Assembly (NCBI GenBank): GCA_963707025.1
Contig: CAVPOM010000006.1
Location: 352,001-416,000 of the forward strand
Direction of reading: 5' to 3'
DNA length: 64,000 bases
DNA from: an uncultured Verrucomicrobiae bacterium
GTDB lineage: Bacteria; Verrucomicrobiota; Verrucomicrobiia; Limisphaerales; Palsa-1400
In this document: positions 29,724-39,740 of the stretch, piece after piece
How the letters are laid out: the number at the start of each line of letters is the position of its first letter
Position numbering within the stretch: the stretch's first letter is position 1
Notes under the pieces: model-generated
Databases searched by the model: none
The model's input: only the letters and a program-made list of their open reading frames with translations
Told to the model about the DNA's origin: nothing
Program-made: the position numbers and the translations under genes

Positions 29724-31376
29724 TCACCGGCTCAGGAGGCGGCTCGAAATCCGGGCTTCCTCCGTCAGCTTGGAGATGGGATAGACTTTGCCGGCGGCCA
29801 GGTAGGGGTCGAGGAAATTCCACGTCACCAGGCCGTCGTCGGTTTCCGGTTCGAGCAGGTAGGCGGCCAGGGTGCCAAGGGGCTGGTCAGTGCGCACCAG
29901 GCGGGAGCCTTCCGGGAAAGCCACCGTTTCCGTTTTGAACTGGCCGGCCAGCTTGACTTCGTGATGGCCCTGAAAGATGACAGGATTCTTGTGGACATTG
30001 GTGATCGTGAAGTTTTCCACGCCGACGGTCAGCGGGGCGGTCAGCTCCTCGACGGCGATGCCGTGGGCCAGGAGTTTGTCCGTTACCACGCGCAGGCCGT
30101 CTTCGGCGCGGAAAAGATAGGCGCGGCCTTGCGGAACGGAGCGGGTGGCGGCGAAAAGCTCGTAGTCCAGCATCGGCACGGCGGTGAACTTGTCCTTGAC
30201 GACCACGGTCATGTTCCGGCCGGAACGCGGATTGACGGCGGTGGTAACCTGGCCGACGAGCAAGGGAACTTTTTGGGGCAGGGCTTTGGGTTCGTATTCC
30301 ACCCCGATTCGGGGCGGATTGGAAGCCCGCGCGTTGAGGATGGCATCCCGGTCGGCGCGCCCGGTGAGTTGGCGGATTTCATCGGCGTGGGCGGTGGAGT
30401 ATTTGAAGATTTCTTCCACGAAAGCCTCGGTGACCCGGATGCGGTCGTGGAAATCCAGGTAGCTGTAGGCTTCGGAAAGGATGGTCAGCCGGTTGCGGAA
30501 GCCGAGATAATTTTGGCCGACGCGCGGTTGCTGGGAAAAGGCGTTCCAAGTGCGCGTTTCCGGTTCGCCCGGCCCGGGGGCGCGCCCGGAGAAATTGCCG
30601 TAGTAATAAGTGCGAAAGCCGGCCTGGCTCATGGCTTGGGTCAGGGCCGGCATCATTTTGTCGCGGGAATAGGAAAGGATGTTCGTGTCCGCCGTCGGGT
30701 TCAGCGGGATGGAGTAGGTGAGATGGTAGCCGTGATAGGAACCGTCGGTGGTGTGAAGATCCACCGTCAGGTGCGGGTCCCAGGTGTTAAAGAGGCCGAT
30801 CAGCGCGCGGGTTTCCGGCGCTTCCATTTTCATATAATCGCGGTTGAGGTCCAGGCCCATCGCGTTCTCGCGGATGCCGACGCCGCCGATCGGGCCGTTT
30901 TGGGCGGTGCGGTGGGTGGTGCTGATCTGTTCATTGCCATCGGCGTTGTAATCCGGCGCGATCAGAATGATGAGTTTGTCCAGCAGAGGATGGAGGTCGC
31001 CGGTGAGGATGCGCCGCGCCAAGTGTTGCACCGCTTCCTTGCCCTCCACTTCGCCGGCGTGAATGTTGGCCATGACGAATATGACCGGCTTGCCGGAAGC
31101 GCGGGCCTCGCGCGGCTGCGCGACGGGCGGGTCGCTCAGGATGACCAGCGGCAGGGCCCGGCCTTCCTGGGTGCGGCCGAAAATCTGCTGGCGCAGGAGC
31201 GGGCTGCGCTGCTGGAGTTCGTTGAAAAAACGCAGCACGTCCTCATGGCGGCTGGTCTCCTCGTAGTTGCTGGATTCGGCCCGGGACAACAGGGCGCCAT
31301 CGTTGGTCTGGCCCGGCGCGGCGGCGGGCAGGGCGGCCAGCCAGGGCAATGCGCACAACAGGGCGGCTGATTTCAT
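29724..31376 (-). CDS. Secreted M14 zinc carboxypeptidase
   Basis: [31 protein letters not shown]. Confidence 0.93.
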   Translation of the reverse strand: MKSAALLCALPWLAALPAAAPGQTNDGALLSRAESSNYEETSRHEDVLRFFNELQQRSPLLRQQIFGRTQEGRALPLVILSDPPVAQPREARASGKPVIFVMANIHAGEVEGKEAVQHLARRILTGDLHPLLDKLIILIAPDYNADGNEQISTTHRTAQNGPIGGVGIRENAMGLDLNRDYMKMEAPETRALIGLFNTWDPHLTVDLHTTDGSYHGYHLTYSIPLNPTADTNILSYSRDKMMPALTQAMSQAGFRTYYYGNFSGRAPGPGEPETRTWNAFSQQPRVGQNYLGFRNRLTILSEAYSYLDFHDRIRVTEAFVEEIFKYSTAHADEIRQLTGRADRDAILNARASNPPRIGVEYEPKALPQKVPLLVGQVTTAVNPRSGRNMTVVVKDKFTAVPMLDYELFAATRSVPQGRAYLFRAEDGLRVVTDKLLAHGIAVEELTAPLTVGVENFTITNVHKNPVIFQGHHEVKLAGQFKTETVAFPEGSRLVRTDQPLGTLAAYLLEPETDDGLVTWNFLDPYLAAGKVYPISKLTEEARISSRLLSR

Positions 31377-31400
31377 GCATCGCTTTCCGCGGCGCGCCGA

Positions 31401-33473
31401 TTAATTGCGCGGGCTGCGCGGCAATTTTTCATCCATCATCGCCGCGTCATAGACAAAGGCCGCCATAATGGTCGCCGCTTGTTTGACATCATCGGCCGAG
31501 AGGCGGTCAAAGACGTCCTCGCTGGTGTGGTGAGTGTGGGTGAAATAATCCATCGGGTCCTGGAGGAATTGGAATCCGGGCAGGCCAATGCTGTCGAAGG
31601 AAACGTGGTCGGTGGAACCGGTGCGCGACATGGTGAGGGTTTCCGCGCCCAAGCTGCGGAACGGTTCGATCCAGCGCCGGAAAATGGGGCGGACAGCCTC
31701 GTTTTGCTCCATGAATATGCCCCGGATTTTCCCGCCGCCGTTGTCCAGGTTGAAGTAGGCGGAGAGCTTGTCGTATTCGGGGCCGGGCGTGAAGCCTCTG
31801 CGGGCGGGCGCGTTGGTTGATGCTCCCGCTACGGCATTGGTCCCGCCTTGGGCGGGCAGGTTGTTGGTGGTTGCGCGCAGTTCGGCTGGGGCGTTGGTCC
31901 CCGGTGCGCTCAAGCCGCCCCCGCCACCGCGTCCTCCCCGGCCGCCGCGGCCGCCGCGACCGCGACCGCCCCGTCCGGCATTCGATCCGAAATGTTGGCT
32001 CACATAAGCCCTTGACCCCAGAAGGCCCTCCTCTTCCCCGGTCCAAAGGGCAATGCGGACGGTGCGGCGCGGATGCAAGCCGGCCGCCTCAATGATGCGC
32101 ACCGCTTCCATGCAGGCGGCCGCGCCGACGCCGTTGTCCGTGGCGCCTGTTCCCGCGGGCCACGAGTCCATGTGCCCGCCCAGCATGACGATTTGGTCCT
32201 TCAAATCGGTGCCGGGAATCTCAGCGATGGTGTTGTAAGCCATCAGATCCTCATCGTGATATTTGACCTCCAGGTCAATCTGCATTCTTACTTTCTCACC
32301 CGCCTTGATCATGCGGACAATCCGATTGTAACTCTCCGCCGCCACCACCACTTGCGGCGGCATGGCCGGGGCGTTGGTGGCATACGGGCTGCCGCCTCCG
32401 CGGCCACCGCCAAATCCGCCCCCGCCGCTGTTGGTGCCCGCCGGAACCGATGCGCTTTGCACTAATACCGTCCCATTGTCGAACTGGGAGCCGGCGCTCA
32501 ACACCACCCCGGCTTTTTCCTCCGTCAAAAACGAAAGCAATCGCGCCGGCGAAATCCGGTTTGCTCCGAACTGCGAACCAAATCCGCCCCGGCGGCCTCC
32601 TCCGCCACCGCGTGACTGCACCATGCCGAAGAATCCCAAGTCGTCCACGGTGTTGGCCGCCACCAGCAGATTGCTGTCCGCCAACCGCACCGCCAGAGGC
32701 TGAAAGGGCACGGCGAGATTGGTGCGCATTGGGCTGACCAAAACCATGGCGCCTTCCAGTTTTCCCTTGTATTGATCCAAGTTGGTGGTCTGCGCCAGGT
32801 CAATGAAAACCGCATCTCCCTCCATCGGCTTGTCATATCCTGGGGACCAAGCCAGGGGATAAGCAATAATGGGAAAGGCCTGCGGCTCGATCACTTGAGC
32901 AGAGAATCGCTTCACCTCCCAGCCGCGTCCGAACGGTCCCCAAGGCTCTAAATGCGCATTAGTCAAGCCCCAGCTTTCCAATTTCATTCTGGTCCATTCA
33001 TTGGCGCGCTTGAGGTTGGGCGAGCCGGTCAGGCGCGGCCCGATGACATCGCTCAGGTAGCTCAAAGTCTCCATCGCTTGGGAATGGTTCAAACCCTCGT
33101 CCTTGATCCGCTCAATGGGATCGCTGGAGGTGGTTCGCGCTTCCGAAGCGGCTTCCGCAACCGGCTCGGCAGGCGCTGGGACGGTGGCGGCGGGAGCGGA
33201 TGGACTGGCAACTGTGCGCGCTTCCGCAGCGGCTCCCGCAATCGGGCGGGCAGGCTCTGGCGGGGTGCTGGCCGGGGCCGCTGGAATTGCGGGCGCGGGT
33301 GTATCGGATCGGTCAGAGGCAACCGCGGTGGGGGCGCCGGCGGTCCGGGACGATGGGGCGGCGAAGGCGTGGGGGTTGGCGACAGGCTCTTTGGTTGCCT
33401 GACAGGCGGCGAAGACCAGCGCGGCAAGGGCGCCGATGCTGAAGGCGAATTTGGCGCAGACTGATGGTTTCAT
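31401..33473 (-). CDS. M28/M20-clan metallopeptidase, probable lipoprotein, with Gly-rich inserts
   Basis: LVFAAC lipobox-like; GPRLTGS, GGHMDSW, GATDNG, WTGEEEGLLGS, NLDNG, STDHVSF, HHT. Confidence 0.92.
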   Translation of the reverse strand: MKPSVCAKFAFSIGALAALVFAACQATKEPVANPHAFAAPSSRTAGAPTAVASDRSDTPAPAIPAAPASTPPEPARPIAGAAAEARTVASPSAPAATVPAPAEPVAEAASEARTTSSDPIERIKDEGLNHSQAMETLSYLSDVIGPRLTGSPNLKRANEWTRMKLESWGLTNAHLEPWGPFGRGWEVKRFSAQVIEPQAFPIIAYPLAWSPGYDKPMEGDAVFIDLAQTTNLDQYKGKLEGAMVLVSPMRTNLAVPFQPLAVRLADSNLLVAANTVDDLGFFGMVQSRGGGGGRRGGFGSQFGANRISPARLLSFLTEEKAGVVLSAGSQFDNGTVLVQSASVPAGTNSGGGGFGGGRGGGSPYATNAPAMPPQVVVAAESYNRIVRMIKAGEKVRMQIDLEVKYHDEDLMAYNTIAEIPGTDLKDQIVMLGGHMDSWPAGTGATDNGVGAAACMEAVRIIEAAGLHPRRTVRIALWTGEEEGLLGSRAYVSQHFGSNAGRGGRGRGGRGGRGGRGGGGGLSAPGTNAPAELRATTNNLPAQGGTNAVAGASTNAPARRGFTPGPEYDKLSAYFNLDNGGGKIRGIFMEQNEAVRPIFRRWIEPFRSLGAETLTMSRTGSTDHVSFDSIGLPGFQFLQDPMDYFTHTHHTSEDVFDRLSADDVKQAATIMAAFVYDAAMMDEKLPRSPRN

Positions 33474-33625
33474 GGGAAGGCTTGCTTGGATTGCGTTAAG
33501 ATGGCGGGATGGCGTCGTACACGACCAGTGGTTTAACAGAAAAATCCATTGGCACAACAGATTTCTGCCCCAGGATGCGATTTTTTCATTGCCTTCCTGC
33601 CGGCATCCGTTAGCTTGCACGACCC

Positions 33626-33880
33626 GTGAACAGCGAATACGTCAAGCAAGCAATGGCCAAGGTTGGCAACCCCAACGTTTTGGTGAACATCATCTCCCGC
33701 CGCGTCCGCCAATTGACCAGCGGCGGCAGCAGCGGCCGGCCATTGATCGAGCAGTCCCCAGGGATGGGCATCGCCGACGTCGCCCTGGCGGAGTTGATCG
33801 AGGGGAAAATGGACTTTGAAATATCCACCGCGACCGAGGAAGACGCCCAGCCCGCCCCCAAGAAACGCCGCCGCGCCTGA
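33626..33880 (+). CDS. rpoZ: RNA polymerase omega subunit
   Basis: KVGNPNVLVNIISRRVRQL...DVALAELIEGK. Confidence 0.85.
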   Translation: MNSEYVKQAMAKVGNPNVLVNIISRRVRQLTSGGSSGRPLIEQSPGMGIADVALAELIEGKMDFEISTATEEDAQPAPKKRRRA

Positions 33881-33928
33881 CTCCGGCTCCGGCCGTCCCC
33901 GTTCCGGGCGGAAGGGCCGCTTTCCGTT

Positions 33929-34384
33929 ATGGCCGATATTCTGCACAATTCCAAAGCCAGCCGCGATTATCACATTTTAGAAACCTACGAGGCCGGCCTG
34001 GTGCTGCATGGGTCGGAAGTCAAGGCCTTGCGCGCCGGCAAAGCGCAGATCGGCGACGCCTTTGCCCGCGTGGAAAAGGAGGAGGTCTGGCTCTACAACG
34101 CCCACATTGACGAATACACCCCGGCCAACCGCTTCGGTCACGCCCCAAAAGCGCCCCGCAAGCTGCTCCTGCACAAATCGGAAATCCGCAAGCTGTCCGC
34201 CCTGGCCGCCGTCAAGGGCCATGCCTTGGTGCCGCTTTCCCTTTACTGGAAAAACGGCAAGGTCAAAGTTGCCTTGGGCGTGGGCAGGGGAAAGCTGGAA
34301 TTTGACAAGCGCCACGACATCCAGGAGCGCGAGATGAACCGCGAATTGAAGCGCGCCACCATGCACCGCCTCAAACGAAAGTGA
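33929..34384 (+). CDS. smpB: SsrA-binding protein
   Basis: N.KA..DY...E.YEAGLVLHGSEVKALR, RKLLLHK, GKLEFDKR. Confidence 0.97.
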   Translation: MADILHNSKASRDYHILETYEAGLVLHGSEVKALRAGKAQIGDAFARVEKEEVWLYNAHIDEYTPANRFGHAPKAPRKLLLHKSEIRKLSALAAVKGHALVPLSLYWKNGKVKVALGVGRGKLEFDKRHDIQEREMNRELKRATMHRLKRK

Positions 34385-34400
34385 AGCCTGCCCCGAGGCC

Positions 34401-34673
34401 CTACCCGGCGGCGGGCGCGGGCGCCTCCTTGGTCCAGCGACGCTTGGGCGCCTTGGTGATCAGCCCTTTCTTCAGAGCTTTGGCGGTCACGCTGATGTAG
34501 CGCACTTCGCCATCAATCACGGCCTTGACCCGCTGCAGATTGGGGATAAAACGGCGCTTGGTGGTGGCGGTGATGTGCATGCCGATGCCGCCTTTCTTCT
34601 TGGCCTTGCCACTGCGCCAGATATGGCTGCCCTTGATCGGGCGCGTTCCGGTTAATTCACAGATTCTGGACAT
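34401..34673 (-). CDS. rpmB: 50S ribosomal protein L28
   Basis: MSRICELTG...TKRRFIPNLQ. Confidence 0.95.
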   Translation of the reverse strand: MSRICELTGTRPIKGSHIWRSGKAKKKGGIGMHITATTKRRFIPNLQRVKAVIDGEVRYISVTAKALKKGLITKAPKRRWTKEAPAPAAG

Positions 34674-34887
34674 AAACTTTATTTCGCAAAGAGGGGAGAA
34701 GGTAATCCTTGCCAGCGGTCAATTCAAGCACTATTACGGCCCGCGCCGTATTTCATGCCGGCAAGGTTTGGGTTCCCGGGGCCAAAACGGCCCAGGCGCA
34801 TAATAAGCGGCAATAATGACAGAATTGTAATGCAAGTTGCCCTTGCATCTCCTAATGGAATCCCCTACAATGCCGATAATTCACCAG

Positions 34888-35133
34888 ATGCGTATTCTGA
34901 TTCAAGACCCGGAAAGCAAGGCCTACTTCAACGGTGGCGACTGGGATGTGGACGAGAATCACGCCACCGAATTTGGCAATGTGGCGCAAGCGGAGGAGTT
35001 TTGCCGCCAGCAAAACCTGCCCCTGGCTTTGGTGGTCGTTAAATTCAAGGACGCCACCAGCGACGTCAGCTACCCGGCCAGCGCGCGCGACGATGCCCAG
35101 CTCAAAAAGCATTCCACCCGCAGGCTCCGTTAG
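34888..35133 (+). CDS. Small hypothetical protein
   Basis: MRILIQDPESKAYFNGGDW...ATEF..VAQAEEFC; host-like codon usage. Confidence 0.65.
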   Translation: MRILIQDPESKAYFNGGDWDVDENHATEFGNVAQAEEFCRQQNLPLALVVVKFKDATSDVSYPASARDDAQLKKHSTRRLR

Positions 35134-35179
35134 CAAAAGTCTTTGAACTTGGCGGGCGAGACTTTAGACTGCCGGGGCT

Positions 35180-36256
35180 GTGCATTTGCTTCATCTGCGG
35201 CTTCGCGACTTCCGCAATTACGCGCGGTTGGACGCCGATTTTCCAGCCGGGTTCCACTTGTTGCTGGGCGACAATGCCCAGGGCAAGACCAACCTCCTCG
35301 AAGCCATCTACTTGCTTGCCACCCTCCGCTCCTTCCGCGGCGTGGGCGGCGCGCAAATGGTCCGCCACGGCCAAAAGGGTTACTTTGTCAGCGCCACCGT
35401 TTCGTCCCAGGCCGAACACGACATCAAGATTTACTGGTCTCCGGCCCAGCGCAAACTCTCCCTCGACGGCCAGCCGGTGCGCAAACTGGGTGACTACCTG
35501 GGCGTGGTGCGGGCGGTGGTCTTTTGCACCGAGGATTTGCAACTCATCAAGGGCGTGGCCCGCCTGCGCCGGCGCTTCATGGATTTGCTTCTGGCCCACA
35601 CCCACGCCTCCTATCTGCCCGTGCTGCAACGCTACGCCCGCGCCGTGCGCTCCCGCAACGCCCTCCTGCGCCAGCGTTTTGTTGACGAGGCCGCCTTGGA
35701 GGGGTTCACCCACGAATTGATCGAGGCGGGCCGGCAAATCATGGATTTTCGCCGCGAACTGCTCCCGCGCGTGGCGGGGTTGGCGCGCCAAACCTATGCC
35801 CGCGTGGCCCGTGCCGCCGAGCCGCTGGAACTGGCCTACCAGCCCTCCGTCCAGCACGACTTCGCCGTGGAACTGGCCCGCAACCGCGCCCGCGAACGCG
35901 CGTTTCGTTCCACCATCATCGGCCCGCACCGCGACGAATTGCAGTTGCGGCTGGACGGAAAATCCGCCGCCAAATTCGCCAGCGAAGGGCAAAAACGCTC
36001 CCTCGCCATCGCCTTGAAGCTCGCCCAGGCCGAATACTTGACTGACATCCACGGTGTCCCGCCCATTTTATTGATTGACAACGTCATGGGCGAACTGGAC
36101 GCCAAACGGCGCGCCGCCTTTCTGCCCCTGCTGGACCGCGCGCAACACGCCCGCAGCCAGGTCTTCATGACCTGCACCGAAGAAAGCTGGCCGCAGGAAC
36201 TGGGCCGCGGCCTGCAGCGCTGGCAAGTCATCGCGGGGCAGTTGAAAAAAGGTTGA
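35180..36256 (+). CDS. recF: DNA replication/repair protein RecF
   Basis: FRNY, GDNAQGKTNLLEA, GPHRDE, ASEGQKR, LLIDNVMGELD. Confidence 0.95.
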   Translation: MHLLHLRLRDFRNYARLDADFPAGFHLLLGDNAQGKTNLLEAIYLLATLRSFRGVGGAQMVRHGQKGYFVSATVSSQAEHDIKIYWSPAQRKLSLDGQPVRKLGDYLGVVRAVVFCTEDLQLIKGVARLRRRFMDLLLAHTHASYLPVLQRYARAVRSRNALLRQRFVDEAALEGFTHELIEAGRQIMDFRRELLPRVAGLARQTYARVARAAEPLELAYQPSVQHDFAVELARNRARERAFRSTIIGPHRDELQLRLDGKSAAKFASEGQKRSLAIALKLAQAEYLTDIHGVPPILLIDNVMGELDAKRRAAFLPLLDRAQHARSQVFMTCTEESWPQELGRGLQRWQVIAGQLKKG

Positions 36257-36280
36257 CCCACCTTCGGGTCGTGATATGCT
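36253..36280 (+). promoter_or_regulatory. Candidate TA promoter TTGACC-N16-TATGCT (extended -10), probably leaderless; TGATATG direct repeats as possible operator
   Basis: The -10 box ends 6 nt before the ATG at 36287. Confidence 0.5.
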
Positions 36281-36286
36281 TTTGAT

Positions 36287-36580
36287 ATGAAGTCCAGAAC
36301 AAGCTGGCAATACCCGTTGCGGTTGGACAAACGCGATGGAACTGCGGTCGCGCAAGTCGTCCAGGAAACCGGGCAGTCCATCAACTCCGTTCTTGCGCTC
36401 AGCATTCGAAAGGGTTTGCCGCTGGCTCGCCATGCGCTGGCCCGCCCGCCACGGCGTGTTACCGCCGTGGACCCGCTGCCGGACCATGTGCTCAGGCAGG
36501 CCTACGCCGGTCCGGATGAACTCGACGGCATCTCCGCCCGCCAACTGGCGAAATTCCAATCCCGGAAGGAACCGACATGA
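36287..36580 (+). CDS. Putative antitoxin (RHH-like N-terminus)
   Basis: YPLRLD...ETGQSINSVLALSIRKGL; ATGA overlap with the toxin. Confidence 0.75.
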   Translation: MKSRTSWQYPLRLDKRDGTAVAQVVQETGQSINSVLALSIRKGLPLARHALARPPRRVTAVDPLPDHVLRQAYAGPDELDGISARQLAKFQSRKEPT

Positions 36581-36906
36581 AGCCTTGGGAAGTTTGGGAC
36601 TGTCCATTCCCGTGGGGTGAGCATCCGGCGGTGATTATCTCGAACGCCATCCGGGTGGAGATGAAGCCGCAGATTGTGGTGTTGTCCTGCCGGACGATGC
36701 GCCAACCGGCTGGCCGTGATCCGGTCCCGTGTGAAGCGCTGCTGGATGAAGCCGACGGGCTGGATTGGAAAACGCTCTGCCGGTGCGACTTGCTGTATAC
36801 CATTGACAAGGCGGTTTTAAAGCGCCGCCGCGGTGAGGTCGGAACGGCCCGGCGTCGTGAAATCGCGGCCAAGATTCAGCAAGGGCTGGCCATTGCGGGC
36901 CTTTAG
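36577..36906 (+). CDS. PemK/MazF-like toxin
   Basis: MKPWEVW...HPAVIISN...LDEADGLDWKT.CRCD.LYTIDK..L.RRRGEV. Confidence 0.8.
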   Translation: MKPWEVWDCPFPWGEHPAVIISNAIRVEMKPQIVVLSCRTMRQPAGRDPVPCEALLDEADGLDWKTLCRCDLLYTIDKAVLKRRRGEVGTARRREIAAKIQQGLAIAGL

Positions 36907-37180
36907 CGCGACGATGATCTGCAATGCGCCGGTCACGGGTGGCAGGGCATCAAAGGCGGGAGAGAGACTTCTTTTAGTTGTTTTCTCATCATAAGGGGAA
37001 GTGGTGACGGGCGATTTGCCTTTGAGATAATCGGGCATTTTCTGAATCACATCGTCCATTCTTCATGAACTGCGGGTCAACTTGCTCCGCTCCACTGCCC
37101 GTGCCGCCGCGCGCGGCTGGTTCGACCGTGGTCCGGCAAAAGCATTTGGAATTTTCCTGTCCATGCGGCAGGATGGGCCG

Positions 37181-38134
37181 ATGAAGAAGAACGAGCACGG
37201 CCGGAAAGCCCGGGTTTCCGCGGCCGCCGCAACCCGGTCCGGGGCGGCCCAGCCAGCCCTCATTCATCCGGTGGTCATCTATCCGTTCCGGCCCCCGGAA
37301 GATTACGCCAACATCCAGGAATTGTTCCGCCTGGTCGCCCAACTGGACGCGCGCAAGCAGATCTATGCGCGCCCCATCACGGTCATTGACCGCAAGACCC
37401 ATGCCGCGGCCCTGCGGGACAAGCGCTACCTGCCGTTTCGCGACGGCGTGGCCAGCCGGCATTCGGACCTGCTGGACGCCTGGTGCGTGGACACCTGCCA
37501 GATGTGGTATTGCGGTCTGGGGCTGGCGTTTGAGAGGGGCAAACCGGCCGATGTCTATTGGCTGATTCCGGGCGATTTCGACTACGGCAGCGAGGCGGGA
37601 AGGCGCGTGCTGGGCCGGCTGCATGATCTTCCCGAAATCTGCGCCGAGCTGGGTCAGGATGTGTGCGTGGGCGAGATTGCCACCGACCACAACAGTCCCA
37701 AGCAACTGATTGACACCTACGGCACCTTTGCCCTGCTCTACACCTGGTTTCCGGCCCAGGCGCGGGAGATTCGCCAGTACACCGAGCGGCCGCGCTCGGA
37801 GTTCTTCGCCCTGCGCCACGACTTCCTGGGCGAGTTGCTCCATCGCCGCTGGTATGCCTACGAACAGACGGTGGTGACCCTGTTGCACGCCGTGTTCGGC
37901 CGCAAACAGATCAGCCGGTTTCTGGTCGGCAACGTCTCCGACCTGCCGGAAGGGCGCGAGAGCCTGACCTCGGCCATCCAGCAGGTCGAACGCACCGAAC
38001 GGGTCCTCAAAACCCTCTGGCGCGAACGCCATGAAACCCGGGCGGGCTGGACCGCCGCCTATCGCCTTCTGGAAACTCAATCCGAACAGGTCCGGCGTTC
38101 CGCGCTCGTCCTTTTGGAAAACCTGCTCACTTAA
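37181..38134 (+). CDS. Hypothetical protein, possible divergent GT-A glycosyltransferase
   Basis: HPVVIYPF, ITVIDR, YWLIPGDFDY (DxD-like), RPRSEFFAL. Confidence 0.75.
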   Translation: MKKNEHGRKARVSAAAATRSGAAQPALIHPVVIYPFRPPEDYANIQELFRLVAQLDARKQIYARPITVIDRKTHAAALRDKRYLPFRDGVASRHSDLLDAWCVDTCQMWYCGLGLAFERGKPADVYWLIPGDFDYGSEAGRRVLGRLHDLPEICAELGQDVCVGEIATDHNSPKQLIDTYGTFALLYTWFPAQAREIRQYTERPRSEFFALRHDFLGELLHRRWYAYEQTVVTLLHAVFGRKQISRFLVGNVSDLPEGRESLTSAIQQVERTERVLKTLWRERHETRAGWTAAYRLLETQSEQVRRSALVLLENLLT

Positions 38135-38184
38135 GCCAGCCCGTCCGCCAACCCCGCCCCTTTTATCCCAGGCCTGTTTTTCAC

Positions 38185-38475
38185 ATGAACTACCGCGTTT
38201 ACAGTGCCCAACGCAACTTGAGGCCCGTCAATTTCATCTGCAACGCGCCCCAGGCAAAACACGTCAGCCTGGTGGGCGACTTCAACCACTGGGACCCGAA
38301 GGCCCATCCCATGAGCCTGAGGCCGGGCGGGGCCTGGTTGCTGCAGGTCGAGCTGCGCCACGGCCACCATCGCTACGCCTTCCTGGTGGACGGCCATCTG
38401 ACCCTGGATCCCAAGGCCCAGGGCATCAGCCGCAACGACCAGGGCGAGCGCGTTTCCCTGGTGCCGGTCAGTTGA
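38185..38475 (+). CDS. Stand-alone CBM48 / isoamylase early-set glycogen-binding domain protein
   Basis: APQAKHVSLVGDFNHW...W...L..GHHRYAFLVDG...DP. Confidence 0.9.
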   Translation: MNYRVYSAQRNLRPVNFICNAPQAKHVSLVGDFNHWDPKAHPMSLRPGGAWLLQVELRHGHHRYAFLVDGHLTLDPKAQGISRNDQGERVSLVPVS

Positions 38476-38528
38476 TGCCTGCTAATCTTACTCTTAATCT
38501 TAATCTCAAGAGCGCGTTTTTTCCGAAT

Positions 38529-39590
38529 TCAATTTGCCTTCCATTTCCCGATCGCGCCTCGTCCTCCCACCGCCCAGCATTCCCCGTCCGCGCACGAGGC
38601 GGCGTGCAGCGGGAACTCGTCCACTTTCTGCCAGGTGTTGCCAAAATCGCGGCTCAGGCTCGTGCCCGAAGGGCCGACCGCCAGCAGCACATCCCCCGGC
38701 AACGCCACCACCGTTTCCTTCAATCCCGGCGGATCGGTGCGCCCGCCTTTCTGCCAGGTCCGGCCGCCGTCGCTGGTGACGATCACGTTGTCCGACGGCG
38801 TTTTCTCCTGCTCGTAATCGCCGCCCACGGCCGCGCCGCGTTGCGCGTCCAAAAATCGCAGGCCGTAAATCCCCGCCGTTGGTCCGCCGGGCATGGGCGT
38901 TTCCCGCACCTCCCAAGTCTGGGCGCGGTCGGTCGAAATAAAAATGCGGGCCCGCTCCGCCGCGCCCGAAGCCAGCCAGACCTTGGACGGGCCAGCCATC
39001 GTCATGGAAGTGTTGCCCGCCGCAAAGGCTCCTTCGTTGGGCAGCATCGCCGGCAAACCCGCCGGGGGCACCCGTTGCCAGCTTTGCCCGCCGTCCTTGG
39101 TTCTCAGCAAATACCATTTGCCCTCGATCTGGTCACCCACCGCCAGCCCGTTGGTCCGGTCCCAAAACGACACCCCGTCCAGAAACACACCTTTTTCTTC
39201 GGTCTGAAACACGGTCTGCCAGGTCCGTCCCGCGTCCGCCGTGCGATACATCCGGGCCAGCCCCTCCGACGCTTCTCCCGCGCTCATCAGCACCGCCGTC
39301 CGCTCATCGAACGCGAACAGTCCGCGAAAATCCAATTTGTCCGCGCCTGGCACGGTCACGGCCTCCCAGGTGTCGCCGCCGTCCACCGTGCGGCGGCAGG
39401 TCCCGCCCGTGCCGCCCGCCCAAACCACTTTATTGTTGACCGCGTGGACCGCGCGAAAACTGGTCCGGGGCGCGTGACTCTCCTGCCAGACCCACCCGGC
39501 GCTCGCTCCCGTGGAAAACAACGGCGCCAGGGCGAGCAGGAACGCGAAGCAGTTCCAGTTGCGATGGGTGATGGTTTTAATGGCTGGCAT
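38529..39590 (-). CDS. Secreted BNR/Ycf48-like beta-propeller protein
   Basis: Repeated T.DGG.TW Asp-boxes, LDFRG, EGAFAAG. Confidence 0.88.
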   Translation of the reverse strand: MPAIKTITHRNWNCFAFLLALAPLFSTGASAGWVWQESHAPRTSFRAVHAVNNKVVWAGGTGGTCRRTVDGGDTWEAVTVPGADKLDFRGLFAFDERTAVLMSAGEASEGLARMYRTADAGRTWQTVFQTEEKGVFLDGVSFWDRTNGLAVGDQIEGKWYLLRTKDGGQSWQRVPPAGLPAMLPNEGAFAAGNTSMTMAGPSKVWLASGAAERARIFISTDRAQTWEVRETPMPGGPTAGIYGLRFLDAQRGAAVGGDYEQEKTPSDNVIVTSDGGRTWQKGGRTDPPGLKETVVALPGDVLLAVGPSGTSLSRDFGNTWQKVDEFPLHAASCADGECWAVGGRGAIGKWKAN

Positions 39591-39675
39591 GAGTTTAAAG
39601 CTAAACAGTGGAACCCGCCTGCGCAATGGGCATGTGGGGTTTTTCGTGATGGGAGCACCCTCTTTGGGGGTCTGG

Positions 39676-39740
39676 ACCCGTTAACCCGTTAGGACTAAAA
39701 CAAGGGTTTTTTGAGGTTGGACCCGTTAGAATACCCGTTA
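39676..39740. repeat. Four ACCCGTTA direct repeats in two pairs
   Basis: ggacccgttaacccgtta ... ggacccgttagaatacccgtta. Confidence 0.7.

Noticed and set aside
7616..31370. Long antisense ORFs (e.g. 7616-9076, 11147-12646, 22935-24380, 29643-31370)
   Set aside because: They are shadow frames of real GC-rich genes on the opposite strand, with no recognisable motifs.
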